Positions 41,037 through 51,370 of a DNA stretch of 64,000 nucleotides are shown in pieces. This DNA is from a virus (lineage: Duplodnaviria > Caudoviricetes), in the IMG/VR virus record IMGVR_UViG_3300025858_000016, positions 30,010 through 94,009 of that record, one strand, 5' to 3'. Under the pieces are notes generated by a model. That model ran no database searches. It was not told the origin of the DNA and was given only the letters and a program-made list of their open reading frames with translations. Positions within the stretch are counted from its first letter, which is position 1. The number at the start of each line of letters is the position of its first letter. Both the position numbers and the translations under genes were made by a program.

Positions 41037-44000
41037 AGAAGAAATATTTTCATCAGTATGTGAATATTTTAATGGCGATGAACTAGCTGCTAATGTGTGG
41101 ATAGATAAATATGCATTGAAAGATAAAAATGGTGATATAAAAGAGAAGACACCTGAAGATATGCATAGAAGATTAGCTAAGGAGTTTTCTAGAATAGAGT
41201 CTAACTATCCAAATCCCATTTCTGAAAAGAAGATATTTGAATTGTTTGATAGATTTAGATATATAGTTCCACAGGGATCACCTATGTTTGGGATCGGGAA
41301 TGAATTTTCAATAACTTCTCTTTCCAATTGTTTTGTTATAGATTCTGCTATAGATTCTTATGGTGGTATAATGCGTACAGATGAAGAACAAATACAGTTA
41401 ATGAAACGAAGAGGTGGAGTTGGTCATGATTTATCTAATCTAAGACCGGCTGGGGCTTTAGCTAATAATGCTGCTTTAAATGATATGGCAGGATCAGTGT
41501 TGTATGCTCAGAGATTTTCTAATTCCACTAAAGAAGTAAGACAAGGTGATCGTAGAGGGGCATTGATGTTATCTATTTCTATTAAACATCCCGATGCTGA
41601 AAGATTTATAGATTCAAAATTAGAAAGTGGTAAGATAACAGATGCTAATATATCTGTTCGTATAACAGATGAGTTTATGGGAAGAGTAGTATGTGATGGT
41701 GATTTTTATCAAACTTTTCCTATTGATTTAGAGATACCATATTGTAGTAAAGATTATGATTTAATTAATAAATTAGAGTATAACAAACTACTAAAGGTTG
41801 ATGGTGGGTATATAAAGAAAGTAAAAGCAAGATATCTCTGGGATAAGATAATTAAGAATGCATGGAAATCAGCTGAACCGGGTATCCTCTTTTGGGATAC
41901 TATTATAAGAGAATCACCTGCAGATTGTTATGGAGAAGAGTGGAAGACTAAGTCAACTAATCCATGTTTAACTGGAGATACAATTATTGCTGTTGCTGAT
42001 GGAAGAAATGGTGTTACTATTAAAGAATTAGCTGATAAGGGAAGTAAATTTTTAGTATATTGTGCTGATAAGAATGCTTCTAACGGTAATAGAGGTGGAG
42101 GATGGAAAGTTAATATTAAAGAAGGTATTGCATTTAAAACTGGTATAAGAAAAGTTTTAGAAGTAATTCTTTCTGATGGCTCTTCTTTTAGATGTACTCC
42201 AGATCATTTATTAGCTACTTTTGATGGTAATTATGTTGAAGCAAAAGATTCTTTAGGAGTTAAGTTAGGTAAATTTTATTCTTTTTCTAATAAAAATAAT
42301 GGATCATCATATAGACATATTAATAGTAGATATAATGGGTATTCTAAACAATATAGAATGATTTATGAATATTTTTATGGTTCTTATGATGGTAAATTAT
42401 ATAATATTGATCATATTGATCGTGATTCTACAAATGATTCATTAAATAATTTAAGGTTATTAGATATAAATGAGCATGTTAAAATTACAGATAGAATTGG
42501 AGAATCTAATCCTATTCATAAGATAGTTGGTACAGAACGTTTAAGATTAATGAATAAACGTAAAAATATTTATGCAAATGCTAAAAAATATAATTGGGAT
42601 AATGATAGATTAGAAAATTCTTTAATGTTATTTGATAAGGAATTTGGTAATCTATTAAAAGAATTAGAACCTGAAGATATTAATGTTAATTTAGATGAAT
42701 CTATATATGTAGATAATATTATAGAACTTGCTAAAGAAGAAGTATATGATATTTATGTTGAAGATTATCATAATTTTTATATTATAACTAAAACAGATGA
42801 TGATAAATTCTTAAACAGTTCAGGTTTGTTAGTTCATAATTGTGGAGAGATTCCACTTTGTCCTCAAGACAGTTGTCGATTGATGTCTATTAATCTTTAT
42901 TCATATGTTGTTAATCCATTTGAGAAAGATGCATATTTTAATTTTGATTTATTCAAAGAACATGTAATTATTGCTCAAAGATTAATGGACGATTTAGTAG
43001 ATTTAGAACTTGAGAAGATAAACAGGATACTTGAAAAAATAGAAAATGATCCTGAATCAGATAGTATTAAGAGTGTTGAAAAAGAACTTTGGGAGAATAT
43101 ATTTTATAAAACTCAAGCAGGTCGTAGAACAGGATTAGGAACAACAGGAGAAGGTGATATGTTGGCTGCATTAGGGTTTACATATGGTTCTGGATTAGCT
43201 ATTGATATGAGTGAGAGAGTTCATGAACAATTAGCTATTTCAAGTTATGTATCATCTATTATAATGGCTAAGGAGAGAGAGTCATTTCTTAAGTGGGATT
43301 TTGAATTAGAAAAAAATAATCCATTTGTTAGTAGAGTTATTAATTGGATATCAGATTTTAATTATAGTGATTCTGAATTGGGGAGATTTGATTTAGTTTA
43401 TAAACAATATGGTCGTAGAAATATTTCTAACTTAACTATAGCCCCTACTGGGACTACTAGTATAATGACACAAACTACTTCTGGTATAGAGCCTTGTTTT
43501 GCTGTATTTTATAAACGTAGAAGAAGGACTATAGATAAGAGTAAAGCTACTTTTATTGATGAACATGGTGAGATGTTTGAAGAATATAATGTATTTCATC
43601 ATAAGTTTAAAGACTGGTATGATAAAAATTGGTATAAAACAGATATTAAATTGTTTGATATTGATTATAAAAAACCACTGGAAGATTATACTGATGAAGA
43701 ATTAAATATATTAGTTAGTAAGTCTCCTTATCATAATTCAACTTCATCAGATGTTAATTGGGTTGATAAAGTTAAATTGCAAGGTAGGGTACAAAAGTGG
43801 GTTGATCATTCAATATCTGCAACAACTAATATTCCAGAAAACACTCCTATTAGTGTTGTTGATGATATTTATATGACAGCTTATAAAAGTGGTTGTAAGG
43901 GAATGACAATATATAGAGAAGGATCAAGATCTGGTATATTAGTTAATGATAAGAAAAATAATTTTGAGTATGTTGACGCTGTTAAACGGCCAAAAGAGTT

Positions 44001-44481
44001 GGAGTGTGATATTTATCATAAAGTGGCATTGAAAATAAATTGGATGATTTTGGTAGGTAAATATGAAGGGAAACCATATGAAATATTTGCATTTCCAGAG
44101 TTACCTAATCATATTTTCCCTTATAAGATACAGAAGGGTACTATTAGAAAACTAAAGAGTAGAGTATATAAGTTAGTAGGTGTTGATAAGGAATTTGATA
44201 AATCTTATGAAATTCCTAATATAATTGATCTTATAGAGAATGAAGATCAAGTGGGTACACGTAAGTATTCCATGATGCTTAGACATAAGATAGATCCTAA
44301 GTTTATCGTTTCAGAAATAGAACAATATGCATTGGTTACTAGTTTTGATAAGGTTGTTCAAAGGGTTTTACGTAATTATATAGATAGTGAGTTTATAGAG
44401 TGTCCTGAATGTGGTAGTAAACTACAACCATCAGATGGATGTTGGAAGTGTTTGAATTGTGGGTATTCAAAATGTGGTTAA
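41029..44481 (+). CDS. nrdJ: class II (B12-dependent) ribonucleotide reductase with intein
   Basis: SNCFV, RRGALM, EPG, NP[intein]CGE, RRTGLG, APTGTTS, SGIEP, GCKGMTIYR, C-terminal Zn ribbon. Confidence 0.92.
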   Translation: MTKEEIFSSVCEYFNGDELAANVWIDKYALKDKNGDIKEKTPEDMHRRLAKEFSRIESNYPNPISEKKIFELFDRFRYIVPQGSPMFGIGNEFSITSLSNCFVIDSAIDSYGGIMRTDEEQIQLMKRRGGVGHDLSNLRPAGALANNAALNDMAGSVLYAQRFSNSTKEVRQGDRRGALMLSISIKHPDAERFIDSKLESGKITDANISVRITDEFMGRVVCDGDFYQTFPIDLEIPYCSKDYDLINKLEYNKLLKVDGGYIKKVKARYLWDKIIKNAWKSAEPGILFWDTIIRESPADCYGEEWKTKSTNPCLTGDTIIAVADGRNGVTIKELADKGSKFLVYCADKNASNGNRGGGWKVNIKEGIAFKTGIRKVLEVILSDGSSFRCTPDHLLATFDGNYVEAKDSLGVKLGKFYSFSNKNNGSSYRHINSRYNGYSKQYRMIYEYFYGSYDGKLYNIDHIDRDSTNDSLNNLRLLDINEHVKITDRIGESNPIHKIVGTERLRLMNKRKNIYANAKKYNWDNDRLENSLMLFDKEFGNLLKELEPEDINVNLDESIYVDNIIELAKEEVYDIYVEDYHNFYIITKTDDDKFLNSSGLLVHNCGEIPLCPQDSCRLMSINLYSYVVNPFEKDAYFNFDLFKEHVIIAQRLMDDLVDLELEKINRILEKIENDPESDSIKSVEKELWENIFYKTQAGRRTGLGTTGEGDMLAALGFTYGSGLAIDMSERVHEQLAISSYVSSIIMAKERESFLKWDFELEKNNPFVSRVINWISDFNYSDSELGRFDLVYKQYGRRNISNLTIAPTGTTSIMTQTTSGIEPCFAVFYKRRRRTIDKSKATFIDEHGEMFEEYNVFHHKFKDWYDKNWYKTDIKLFDIDYKKPLEDYTDEELNILVSKSPYHNSTSSDVNWVDKVKLQGRVQKWVDHSISATTNIPENTPISVVDDIYMTAYKSGCKGMTIYREGSRSGILVNDKKNNFEYVDAVKRPKELECDIYHKVALKINWMILVGKYEGKPYEIFAFPELPNHIFPYKIQKGTIRKLKSRVYKLVGVDKEFDKSYEIPNIIDLIENEDQVGTRKYSMMLRHKIDPKFIVSEIEQYALVTSFDKVVQRVLRNYIDSEFIECPECGSKLQPSDGCWKCLNCGYSKCG
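41965..42840 (+). mobile_element. intein (292 aa) with HNH endonuclease in the RNR active site
   Basis: Begins CLTGDT, block B CTPDH, block F VYDIYVEDYHNF, ends LVHN before CGE; internal DHIDRDSTNDSLNNL...EH. Confidence 0.92.
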
Positions 44482-44494
44482 ATAATAATTAAAT

Positions 44495-44710
44495 ATGAAT
44501 CTTACAGAAGAACAAAAACAAAAAATTTGTGATTTAATAGAAAAATCATTGAATAGTGTGACGTTGAGAGAATATAAAACAGATGGTGATGAAGAGTTGT
44601 TATTAATTGATTTAATATTTTCAATAATAGGAGATATAAATAAAACTAAGATAGAAATTGAAAATATAGTTGAACAGATTTATTTTGATATGGATGACTG
44701 GGATATTTAA
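44495..44710 (+). CDS. hypothetical protein
   Basis: ORF track. Confidence 0.55.
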   Translation: MNLTEEQKQKICDLIEKSLNSVTLREYKTDGDEELLLIDLIFSIIGDINKTKIEIENIVEQIYFDMDDWDI

Positions 44711-44757
44711 TTTTGTATAATTATATAAAATAAAAATAATAATTAAATACATTATTT

Positions 44758-44925
44758 ATGGCAAACAATGAAATTGGATTAGGCACACTTAATAAGAATA
44801 ATAGGTTAGAGGCTTTAAAGGTTTTAGAGAGGTTGAAAGCTAAAGAAAAGAAGATGAAAAGTGTTATAACATCTTCTGTTGAAAATGGTAGAACAACCAT
44901 TAGAGAACATTTTTTGAGAGAATAA
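44758..44925 (+). CDS. small hypothetical protein (55 aa, not in the track)
   Basis: MANNEIGLGTLNKNNRLEALKVLERLKAKEKK... Confidence 0.55.
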   Translation: MANNEIGLGTLNKNNRLEALKVLERLKAKEKKMKSVITSSVENGRTTIREHFLRE

Positions 44926-44927
44926 TT

Positions 44928-45000
44928 ATTTATAATCATTATAAATTAATGATAAATTAAAAATAAATTTTGTTTGTATTAATTATTATATTAATTTTAA
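44928..45000 (+). promoter_or_regulatory. promoter module (palindromic box + TTTG...TAATTTTA)
   Basis: ATTTATAATCATTATAAAT, then TTTGTTTGT..AATTATTATATTAATTTTA as at 29912. Confidence 0.7.
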
Positions 45001-45024
45001 TATGTTTTAAAGGATTAATAGTCA

Positions 45025-45237
45025 ATGAGTAAAGAAATTGAATTTGGTCGTTTAAGAAATTACGGTATTCAGAAATTGAAGAAACCAACTAGAGGTAAAT
45101 TAGTATTTATTGAAAATGGTAGAGAATCAGTGTTGTATGATGATAAACCGTTTGCTTGGTTGAGTTTTATGAAGAAAGAATTAATAAAACAGGGATACTC
45201 ATTTAAATCTTTAAAAGTTAAATACTATGTCAGTTAA
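45025..45237 (+). CDS. hypothetical protein
   Basis: ORF track. Confidence 0.55.
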   Translation: MSKEIEFGRLRNYGIQKLKKPTRGKLVFIENGRESVLYDDKPFAWLSFMKKELIKQGYSFKSLKVKYYVS

Positions 45238-45469
45238 ACCATTAATAATAATTCATGTTTCTGAAGTATTTTCACAAGAAGATATAAATAATTTTTTAGA
45301 GAGTTTTAGAAAATCTGAAATAAATAAAGAGTATTTTTGTCTTATAGTACCATGTGAAGAACGTAAGGGAGAAGTGAATGTGTATTACGAAAAAGATTTT
45401 GAACAGAAGAAAATAGAAGAAATTCAAAACGAAGTCATATCATTAATGAAACAAAACAATTTACAATGA
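45227..45469 (+). CDS. hypothetical protein
   Basis: ORF track. Confidence 0.55.
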   Translation: MSVKPLIIIHVSEVFSQEDINNFLESFRKSEINKEYFCLIVPCEERKGEVNVYYEKDFEQKKIEEIQNEVISLMKQNNLQ

Positions 45470-45699
45470 AAAACAGAATGAGAACTCGTAAGAGTGTAGG
45501 CAGAGTATCAAGATTCCTACAGGGATTAAAACGAAAGAATTCCGGAGCATCAGAAACCAGACGTATTATACGTAAAGCAAATGAGTATCCTAATTCAACT
45601 AAGGTTGGAGCATGTAACGTGGTAACATGTAGGAGAAGGTTACCTCAACAGGTATTACATCGTAGAAATCATCGAGTAAATGATATTGTTCAGGGTTAA
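45466..45699 (+). CDS. small Arg-rich basic protein
   Basis: 77 aa, very basic. Confidence 0.5.
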   Translation: MKNRMRTRKSVGRVSRFLQGLKRKNSGASETRRIIRKANEYPNSTKVGACNVVTCRRRLPQQVLHRRNHRVNDIVQG

Positions 45700-46030
45700 A
45701 TATTATCAATTTAATTGGTTTTTAACCATTATCCTACCTAAATGGGTAGGTGGTATAACAATAGCTCCTTTTGGTATATATTTAAGAGATATGAATGCAA
45801 GTAATTGTGTTAAAACTCATGAGTATATACATTGGGAACAACAGAAGGAGTTATTGTTTATATTCTTCTATATCATATATTTTATTGAATGGGTGATTAA
45901 ATTATTTGTATGTGGGGAAAATTCATATTATAATTTGTCATTTGAAAGAGAAGCTAGAAGTGGGGAGAAAAATTATTTATATCCATTAATTCGTAGTAAG
46001 TTTTGTTGGTTTAAATACATAATAAAATGA
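45680..46030 (+). CDS. HExxH membrane-associated metallopeptidase-like protein
   Basis: GITIAPFGIY, THEYIHWEQ, SFEREA. Confidence 0.65.
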   Translation: MILFRVKYYQFNWFLTIILPKWVGGITIAPFGIYLRDMNASNCVKTHEYIHWEQQKELLFIFFYIIYFIEWVIKLFVCGENSYYNLSFEREARSGEKNYLYPLIRSKFCWFKYIIK

Positions 46031-46506
46031 AGAAAAATAAAAAAGTAAATGAAAAGGTTGAGATATTATTGACTATTATTCTCCCTATTTTAATTTTTAT
46101 ATCTCCGGTTATTTTAGTTGCTATAACAGGTAATAAAATGTTTTATTGGGGCTTTTCGTTTTCTTGGGTTATTTCTATAGCTATAGCTATTTCTGGGTTA
46201 TTCATGGTGTATGGTAAGTTTGAAGAAACAGAAGTAGACAGTATGGATTGTAACTGTTGTAGTGGTTGTGTAAGTACAATTGAAGATTGTGAAATATGTG
46301 AATATAATAGTTAGTGTTATGAAGAGAGTGAGTGTTGTCCATTTTATGAAGTTACTTTTAAGAGAGTTAGAAATGGAGAAGTTGAAGATATATTATATAT
46401 TGAAAAAGTTGTATAAGTTGATAAAGATGAAGTAATACATGTTAATTTGTACAATAATTTGGATGATAAGTCTAAAAAACATTTTTTAAATAAGATAGGA
46501 AATTAG
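46027..46506 (+). pseudogene. membrane protein with Cys-rich domain; frame continues past two in-frame stops
   Basis: ORF ends at TAG 46314, then the same frame reads CYEESECCPFYEV...KVV*VDKDE...IGN*. Confidence 0.45.
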
Positions 46507-46530
46507 AAGACAAATAAACGTAAAAATAAG

Positions 46531-46716
46531 ATGACACATTTGAAGAAAGTTTCTTTAAAGAGTATTTTGAAAGAAGGTGAAAGTTTATCTTCTGAAAAAA
46601 TTATATTTACTGAGGAATTTAGTAATTTTATCATTGACTGCCAAAAGGAGCAAGAAAGGGTTTTACAAAGTAAAATAGTGACTAAAGAAGATTTGAATTT
46701 AGTAGTTAATATTTAA
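46531..46716 (+). CDS. hypothetical protein
   Basis: ORF track. Confidence 0.5.
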   Translation: MTHLKKVSLKSILKEGESLSSEKIIFTEEFSNFIIDCQKEQERVLQSKIVTKEDLNLVVNI

Positions 46717-46739
46717 ATTGAAGTAATAATTTAAAAACT

Positions 46740-46895
46740 ATGATAAAGAAAATTAAAACTATTTTAACTGTGACAGCAGTTTGCTTATTAATAATAGGTG
46801 TTATATATGGAATTGGGTATATTAATTATAAAACGTGGAGGGTAGAACATCCACAAGCAAAGACATGGACATTTTTCATTCATAATGATAGATAA
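46740..46895 (+). CDS. small membrane protein (51 aa, not in the track)
   Basis: MIKKIKTILTVTAVCLLIIGVIYGIGYINY... Confidence 0.55.
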   Translation: MIKKIKTILTVTAVCLLIIGVIYGIGYINYKTWRVEHPQAKTWTFFIHNDR

Positions 46896-46911
46896 TCTAG
46901 ATAAATAAAAA

Positions 46912-47193
46912 ATGGTAAGAAGTTTTAGAATAAGAAGTTGCAATATTACAACTGTTTTACGCCATAGATTTGAAAAATCTAAACGTATAGATAGAGTATT
47001 CTCAAAATGGGAAGTTGGGTTGTGGTTTAAAAGAGATAAGATTGTAGGTAGAAAGGATTTTAACCATACTAAAGAATGGGGTAATAATCTTGTAAATGCT
47101 TATGAGATTGGTATTAATCTAATATTAGTTAAAGCATGGGTATGTTGGAGCTTTAATGGTATGTATTTTGAAGAAAAGAAAAAAGAGTTGTAA
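46912..47193 (+). CDS. hypothetical protein
   Basis: ORF track. Confidence 0.55.
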   Translation: MVRSFRIRSCNITTVLRHRFEKSKRIDRVFSKWEVGLWFKRDKIVGRKDFNHTKEWGNNLVNAYEIGINLILVKAWVCWSFNGMYFEEKKKEL

Positions 47194-47295
47194 CAGTAAG
47201 GAAGTATAAGAAGGGTTGCAGAAATGTTCTTTCTGTGTATTTGATAATTGTGAACATTGGTATTAAATTAAACTAACAACATAAAAAATAAATAT

Positions 47296-48228
47296 ATGAA
47301 AACAGCATGTATTTATCACAACGTTGATCTTGATGGTTGGATGTCTGCAGCCATTGTTAAACATTGGTCTACAGAACACGTTAAAATTTATAAGTCTACT
47401 TCTAAGGATTATTTAGATTTTATAGGTTATGATTATGGACAATCTATTCCTGATTTATCAGGGTATGATAAAGTAATTATGGTTGATATTAGTTTTCCTA
47501 AAGAAGAGATTAAAAAGTTGAATAATAAGTCTCTATTATGGTTAGATCATCATATATCTGCTATAAAAGAAGTAAAAGATTATTTTCATAGTTTTAGAGA
47601 CAGTAAAATTAATAATAGTATTTGGGGAATTAGAGATATTAATTATGCTGCTTGTGAACTTACTTGGAAGTTCCTCTCCCCCAATGAACCTATGCCTGAA
47701 ATAGTAAGACTTATTGGTCGTTATGATTGTTTTGGTGGTATAGGCACTATTAATTGGAAAGATGTATTAGAGTTTCAATATGGTGTTAGATCAATAATTT
47801 CTAGTTATGAAGATGCTTATATATTTTTGCAAAGAAGTTTTAATTCTCCTATTAATAAAAGTGACATAGAAATAATTAAGAATGAAGGAAGAGTAATTTA
47901 TAAGTATCTCTGTACAGAAGCTAAACAACTTTATAAAAATGGAGTTGTTGTTACATTTTCTAACATTACTATTCTGGAAGAGGGATATAATTTTATTTGT
48001 ATTAATAGACAGAGACTTAATTTAACTGATTTTGGTATAGACTATCATAAAGATGGTTATGATGGGTGTGCCAGTTTTTATTATGATGGTTCAAAATGGT
48101 GTTTTAGTTTATATAATGATAACGGGCTTGTTGATTGTTCTATTATTGCTAAACAATATGGAGGTGGAGGTAATAAATGGTATGCTAGTTTTATAGTTAA
48201 AGATATTAATGATATTATTAATCTTTAA
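47296..48228 (+). CDS. DHH family phosphoesterase
   Basis: IYHNVDLDG, MVDIS, LDHH, AACELTW; GGGGN where GGGGH is usual. Confidence 0.85.
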   Translation: MKTACIYHNVDLDGWMSAAIVKHWSTEHVKIYKSTSKDYLDFIGYDYGQSIPDLSGYDKVIMVDISFPKEEIKKLNNKSLLWLDHHISAIKEVKDYFHSFRDSKINNSIWGIRDINYAACELTWKFLSPNEPMPEIVRLIGRYDCFGGIGTINWKDVLEFQYGVRSIISSYEDAYIFLQRSFNSPINKSDIEIIKNEGRVIYKYLCTEAKQLYKNGVVVTFSNITILEEGYNFICINRQRLNLTDFGIDYHKDGYDGCASFYYDGSKWCFSLYNDNGLVDCSIIAKQYGGGGNKWYASFIVKDINDIINL

Positions 48229-48236
48229 ATAAGATT

Positions 48237-48332
48237 ATGGATGATTTTCAAAGAATTCTAATACTAGAACACTCCCTAAAAGAAGTAAGGGATGTTGCAG
48301 AAGAAGCATTAGGCGAATTAGACATTTTATAA
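48237..48332 (+). pseudogene. probable 5' part of a gene interrupted by the TnpB element
   Basis: MDDFQRILILEHSLKEVRDVAEEALGELDIL*; can be joined in frame to LEEKKQLKEETVM after the element. Confidence 0.45.
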
Positions 48333-49597
48333 AATGTAGCGGATTTACAAAAAAGTATTATCTTTGCATAAATAAAACTATTTAATAGTATAATGAAGAC
48401 AATTTTTCGGACATATCAATTTGAATTGCAGCCAACACAAGAGCAAAAAGTGTTGTTGGATAAGCATTTTGGTTGTGTTCGGTTTGTGTTCAATCACTTT
48501 TTAAATGAAAGAAAAGAGCAATATCAAGCAGATAAAAAGTCTGATAGTTACTATAAACAGGCTGCTACATTAACCGAACTAAAAAAGAAAGAAGAAACTG
48601 CTTGGCTCAAAGAAGTGAATAGCCAATCATTACAATTTGCTTTAAGATGTTTGGATACTGCTTACGTAAACTTCTTTAGAGGTAACGCTAAGTTTCCACA
48701 ATTTAAGTCAAGGAAAAAGAAAAACTCATTCACAGTTCCACAGTTCGCAAAACTTGAAGTTGGTAGATTTTTTGCACCAAAATTCAAAGAAGGTATTAAA
48801 GTAAATGTTCACCGTGAAGTTAAAGGGGAAATTGGTAAATGCACTTTGAGCAAAACACCAACAGGAAAATATTTCGTATCAATACTATCAGAAGAACAAT
48901 ATCAACCAAAAGAAAAGACTGGTGCTGTTTGTGGAATAGATTTAGGTTTAAAAGACTTTGCTATTACTTCTGATGGTGTCAAATTCAAGAACAACAAATA
49001 CACAAAACAATATGAAAAAGAGTTAGCGAAAGCACAAAAACATCTTTCTCGTAAAGTAAAGGGTAGTAATTCGTTTGAAAAACAAAGACGAAAAACAGCC
49101 TTAATTTACGAGAAGATAACCAACTCACGAATGGATAACTTACACAAGGTATCTCACAAATTGGTAACTGATTATGATATAATCGCATTAGAAGATTTGA
49201 ATGTGAAAGGTATGGTCAAAAACCATAAACTTGCAAAACATATATCAGATGCCAGTTGGGGAACTTTTGTAAGATTACTTGAATACAAAGCAAATTGGAA
49301 TGACAAACAAATTGTTAAAATCAATCGCTGGTATCCAAGTTCAAAAACCTGTTGTGAGTGCGGTTGGATAAATCAAGACTTAAATCTTTCAATAAGAGAA
49401 TGGACTTGCAAAAATGGACACGTATTAGACCGTGACCTTAATGCAGCAAAGAACATTTTTAAAGAAGGATTAAAAATATTAAACTCGGCAGGAACTGTCG
49501 AAAACACGGATGGAGATGGTGTAAGAAGTAGTAATACTCAACTATCTACGAAGTCCGAAGCCCAACCCATCAGCTTTGCTGTGGGTGGGTAGTTCAC
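48325..49597 (+). mobile_element. IS200/IS605-family non-autonomous element (tnpB only); left end approximate
   Basis: tnpB ORF; right-end hairpin GCCCAACCCA...TGGGTGGGT and terminal TTCAC at 49593-49597; own TATCTTTG promoter box. Confidence 0.8.
48393..49592 (+). CDS. tnpB: RNA-guided endonuclease TnpB
   Basis: FGCVRFVFN, GIDLGLK, IALEDLNVKGM, SSKTCCECG, DRDLNAAKNI. Confidence 0.95.
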   Translation: MKTIFRTYQFELQPTQEQKVLLDKHFGCVRFVFNHFLNERKEQYQADKKSDSYYKQAATLTELKKKEETAWLKEVNSQSLQFALRCLDTAYVNFFRGNAKFPQFKSRKKKNSFTVPQFAKLEVGRFFAPKFKEGIKVNVHREVKGEIGKCTLSKTPTGKYFVSILSEEQYQPKEKTGAVCGIDLGLKDFAITSDGVKFKNNKYTKQYEKELAKAQKHLSRKVKGSNSFEKQRRKTALIYEKITNSRMDNLHKVSHKLVTDYDIIALEDLNVKGMVKNHKLAKHISDASWGTFVRLLEYKANWNDKQIVKINRWYPSSKTCCECGWINQDLNLSIREWTCKNGHVLDRDLNAAKNIFKEGLKILNSAGTVENTDGDGVRSSNTQLSTKSEAQPISFAVGG

Positions 49598-49632
49598 TAG
49601 AAGAGAAGAAACAATTAAAAGAAGAAACAGTT

Positions 49633-50163
49633 ATGAGAGACTTAAATGAAATACTCAATGAGACTTATAAACAGTCAGTTGAACAACGTTCTTCAGATTG
49701 GAGAAAGATTTGTTTAATAGCTATGGAAAAGGCTATTAAAGAAAGTAAAGAAGAAAGTGTGAGTGAAGAAATAAAATACCCTAAGCCTAATATCAAGACA
49801 TCTATAAAAAGGATAGAAAGGTTTATAGAGTATGGAAGATATGTTTATAATTGTGGAGAAACAGGCGAATTAATAGGGTCATCTATTAAAGATGAGTTTC
49901 TTAATGGTTTATATGGTTCTAAAGAAGATATGGTTGTGCAGGTAGATGAGGCTATTGAAACATTAAAATATATACTAGAAGAGAGAGTATATGATGAAAT
50001 TAAATTTTTTAAATTAGTTGATGAAGAAATGAATGATGTGAATAGAAAATTAATAGGTGAAGTTTTTCGTCCAATACAAGAACTTGATCGTATAAGAAGA
50101 AAAATTAGAGACAGAATAGAAAAATTAGAAGGGACTATTAAAGAGATAATTTTAATTTCGTAA
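49633..50163 (+). CDS. hypothetical protein (possibly the 3' part of the interrupted gene)
   Basis: ATG at 49633 in the track ORF. Confidence 0.55.
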   Translation: MRDLNEILNETYKQSVEQRSSDWRKICLIAMEKAIKESKEESVSEEIKYPKPNIKTSIKRIERFIEYGRYVYNCGETGELIGSSIKDEFLNGLYGSKEDMVVQVDEAIETLKYILEERVYDEIKFFKLVDEEMNDVNRKLIGEVFRPIQELDRIRRKIRDRIEKLEGTIKEIILIS

Positions 50164-50188
50164 AGGTAATAACACAGTCTAATACTAC

Positions 50189-51355
50189 ATGGATAGACTA
50201 TCTATGATACAAGATGATACCGACGTTCAGTATAACGAGCGTGGTATTGTCATACTTCCCAGAGAGTTTGATGATGCTCCTGAGGATATTAAACAGTTGT
50301 ATATCAATTGGTTACAACTAGGAAAAGAAACAAGGGAACATCCAAGACGATATTTTCAATTTGTAAATAGTAAGACAAAAGAGGTGGAAAGTGTTGATAC
50401 ACTATTGTTTAACGGGATGGCAGTTAAGAGAGCAAAAGAGAAGAATATTTCACCTACTGATTTGACATCATTGGAAGATTTATGTAAGGAGATGGAAGAA
50501 AGAAAGCATCAAAAGAGTAGATTAAAGTTTGCATGGCTAAAATGGATAAGACCAAGATTGGGAAAGGATATATTTGATTGGAGAAAGGCAGACATAATTG
50601 ATGAATTTGCTAAATATAAGACTTTTGAGGAAGTTGAAGAAATATTAAAGAATTGGGGGTATCAGACTGATAGTGTGTTAATATATAAGTTCTTCCTAAA
50701 GAACAAGGACACTATTGATAGAAAGAGAATGGAGTTTATACGATCAGCTAAAGATCATTATTTAGCTACTGATGCAGGACGTGTTGAAACTTTGTCTATA
50801 TTGTATAGTAAGTTTATGGCTATTTTTAATGATCTGTATAGTAAGAAAGATAGAGACACTACACAGATAAGAACTGAGTTAAAAGGGATAAGTCAAGAGA
50901 TCAGGGCTATCATTGAACAGGTAAGGAAAGAAATAAAGGGTGATGAAGTAAAGTTGACAATAGATGGTAAGATAGATGTTAATGCTACATTAATGGCAGC
51001 ATCTACTATTACTGATATAAGTAAGAAGGTCCCTATCCATTTAATACCAGTTTATCTAACTGCTGCCAAACAGCATATTAATCCACATATTATATTAACA
51101 GCACTAACTTCTTCTTTTTACAGTCAGTTTAATGGGTTTAGTAAGTTGTCTACAAATTTGGTACCTACTACAATGGATCTTATACGAAATTATGATTGGA
51201 ATGAGATAGAACAATATCAGAGGAGTAAACCAGATAGTAGTATACAAGATGTATCATATGAAGAACTTCCATTAAAGGATACTCAGAAGGTCCAGAGTAA
51301 TAGAGATAAGTTATTGGAGATAATTAAGAATGATCAGAATAGTATGGAGGAGTAA
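50189..51355 (+). CDS. hypothetical helical protein (possibly small-terminase-like)
   Basis: 388 aa; no diagnostic motif recognised. Confidence 0.4.
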   Translation: MDRLSMIQDDTDVQYNERGIVILPREFDDAPEDIKQLYINWLQLGKETREHPRRYFQFVNSKTKEVESVDTLLFNGMAVKRAKEKNISPTDLTSLEDLCKEMEERKHQKSRLKFAWLKWIRPRLGKDIFDWRKADIIDEFAKYKTFEEVEEILKNWGYQTDSVLIYKFFLKNKDTIDRKRMEFIRSAKDHYLATDAGRVETLSILYSKFMAIFNDLYSKKDRDTTQIRTELKGISQEIRAIIEQVRKEIKGDEVKLTIDGKIDVNATLMAASTITDISKKVPIHLIPVYLTAAKQHINPHIILTALTSSFYSQFNGFSKLSTNLVPTTMDLIRNYDWNEIEQYQRSKPDSSIQDVSYEELPLKDTQKVQSNRDKLLEIIKNDQNSMEE

Positions 51356-51370
51356 TTAAACATATTAATT

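Noticed and set aside
47190-47290. Possible third attC-like site after ORF 46912 (TTGTAAC...)
   Set aside because: No matching GTT-side complement or convincing hairpin found
48393-49592. TnpB as a Cas12 effector
   Set aside because: About 400 aa with an IS605-type right end and no CRISPR array
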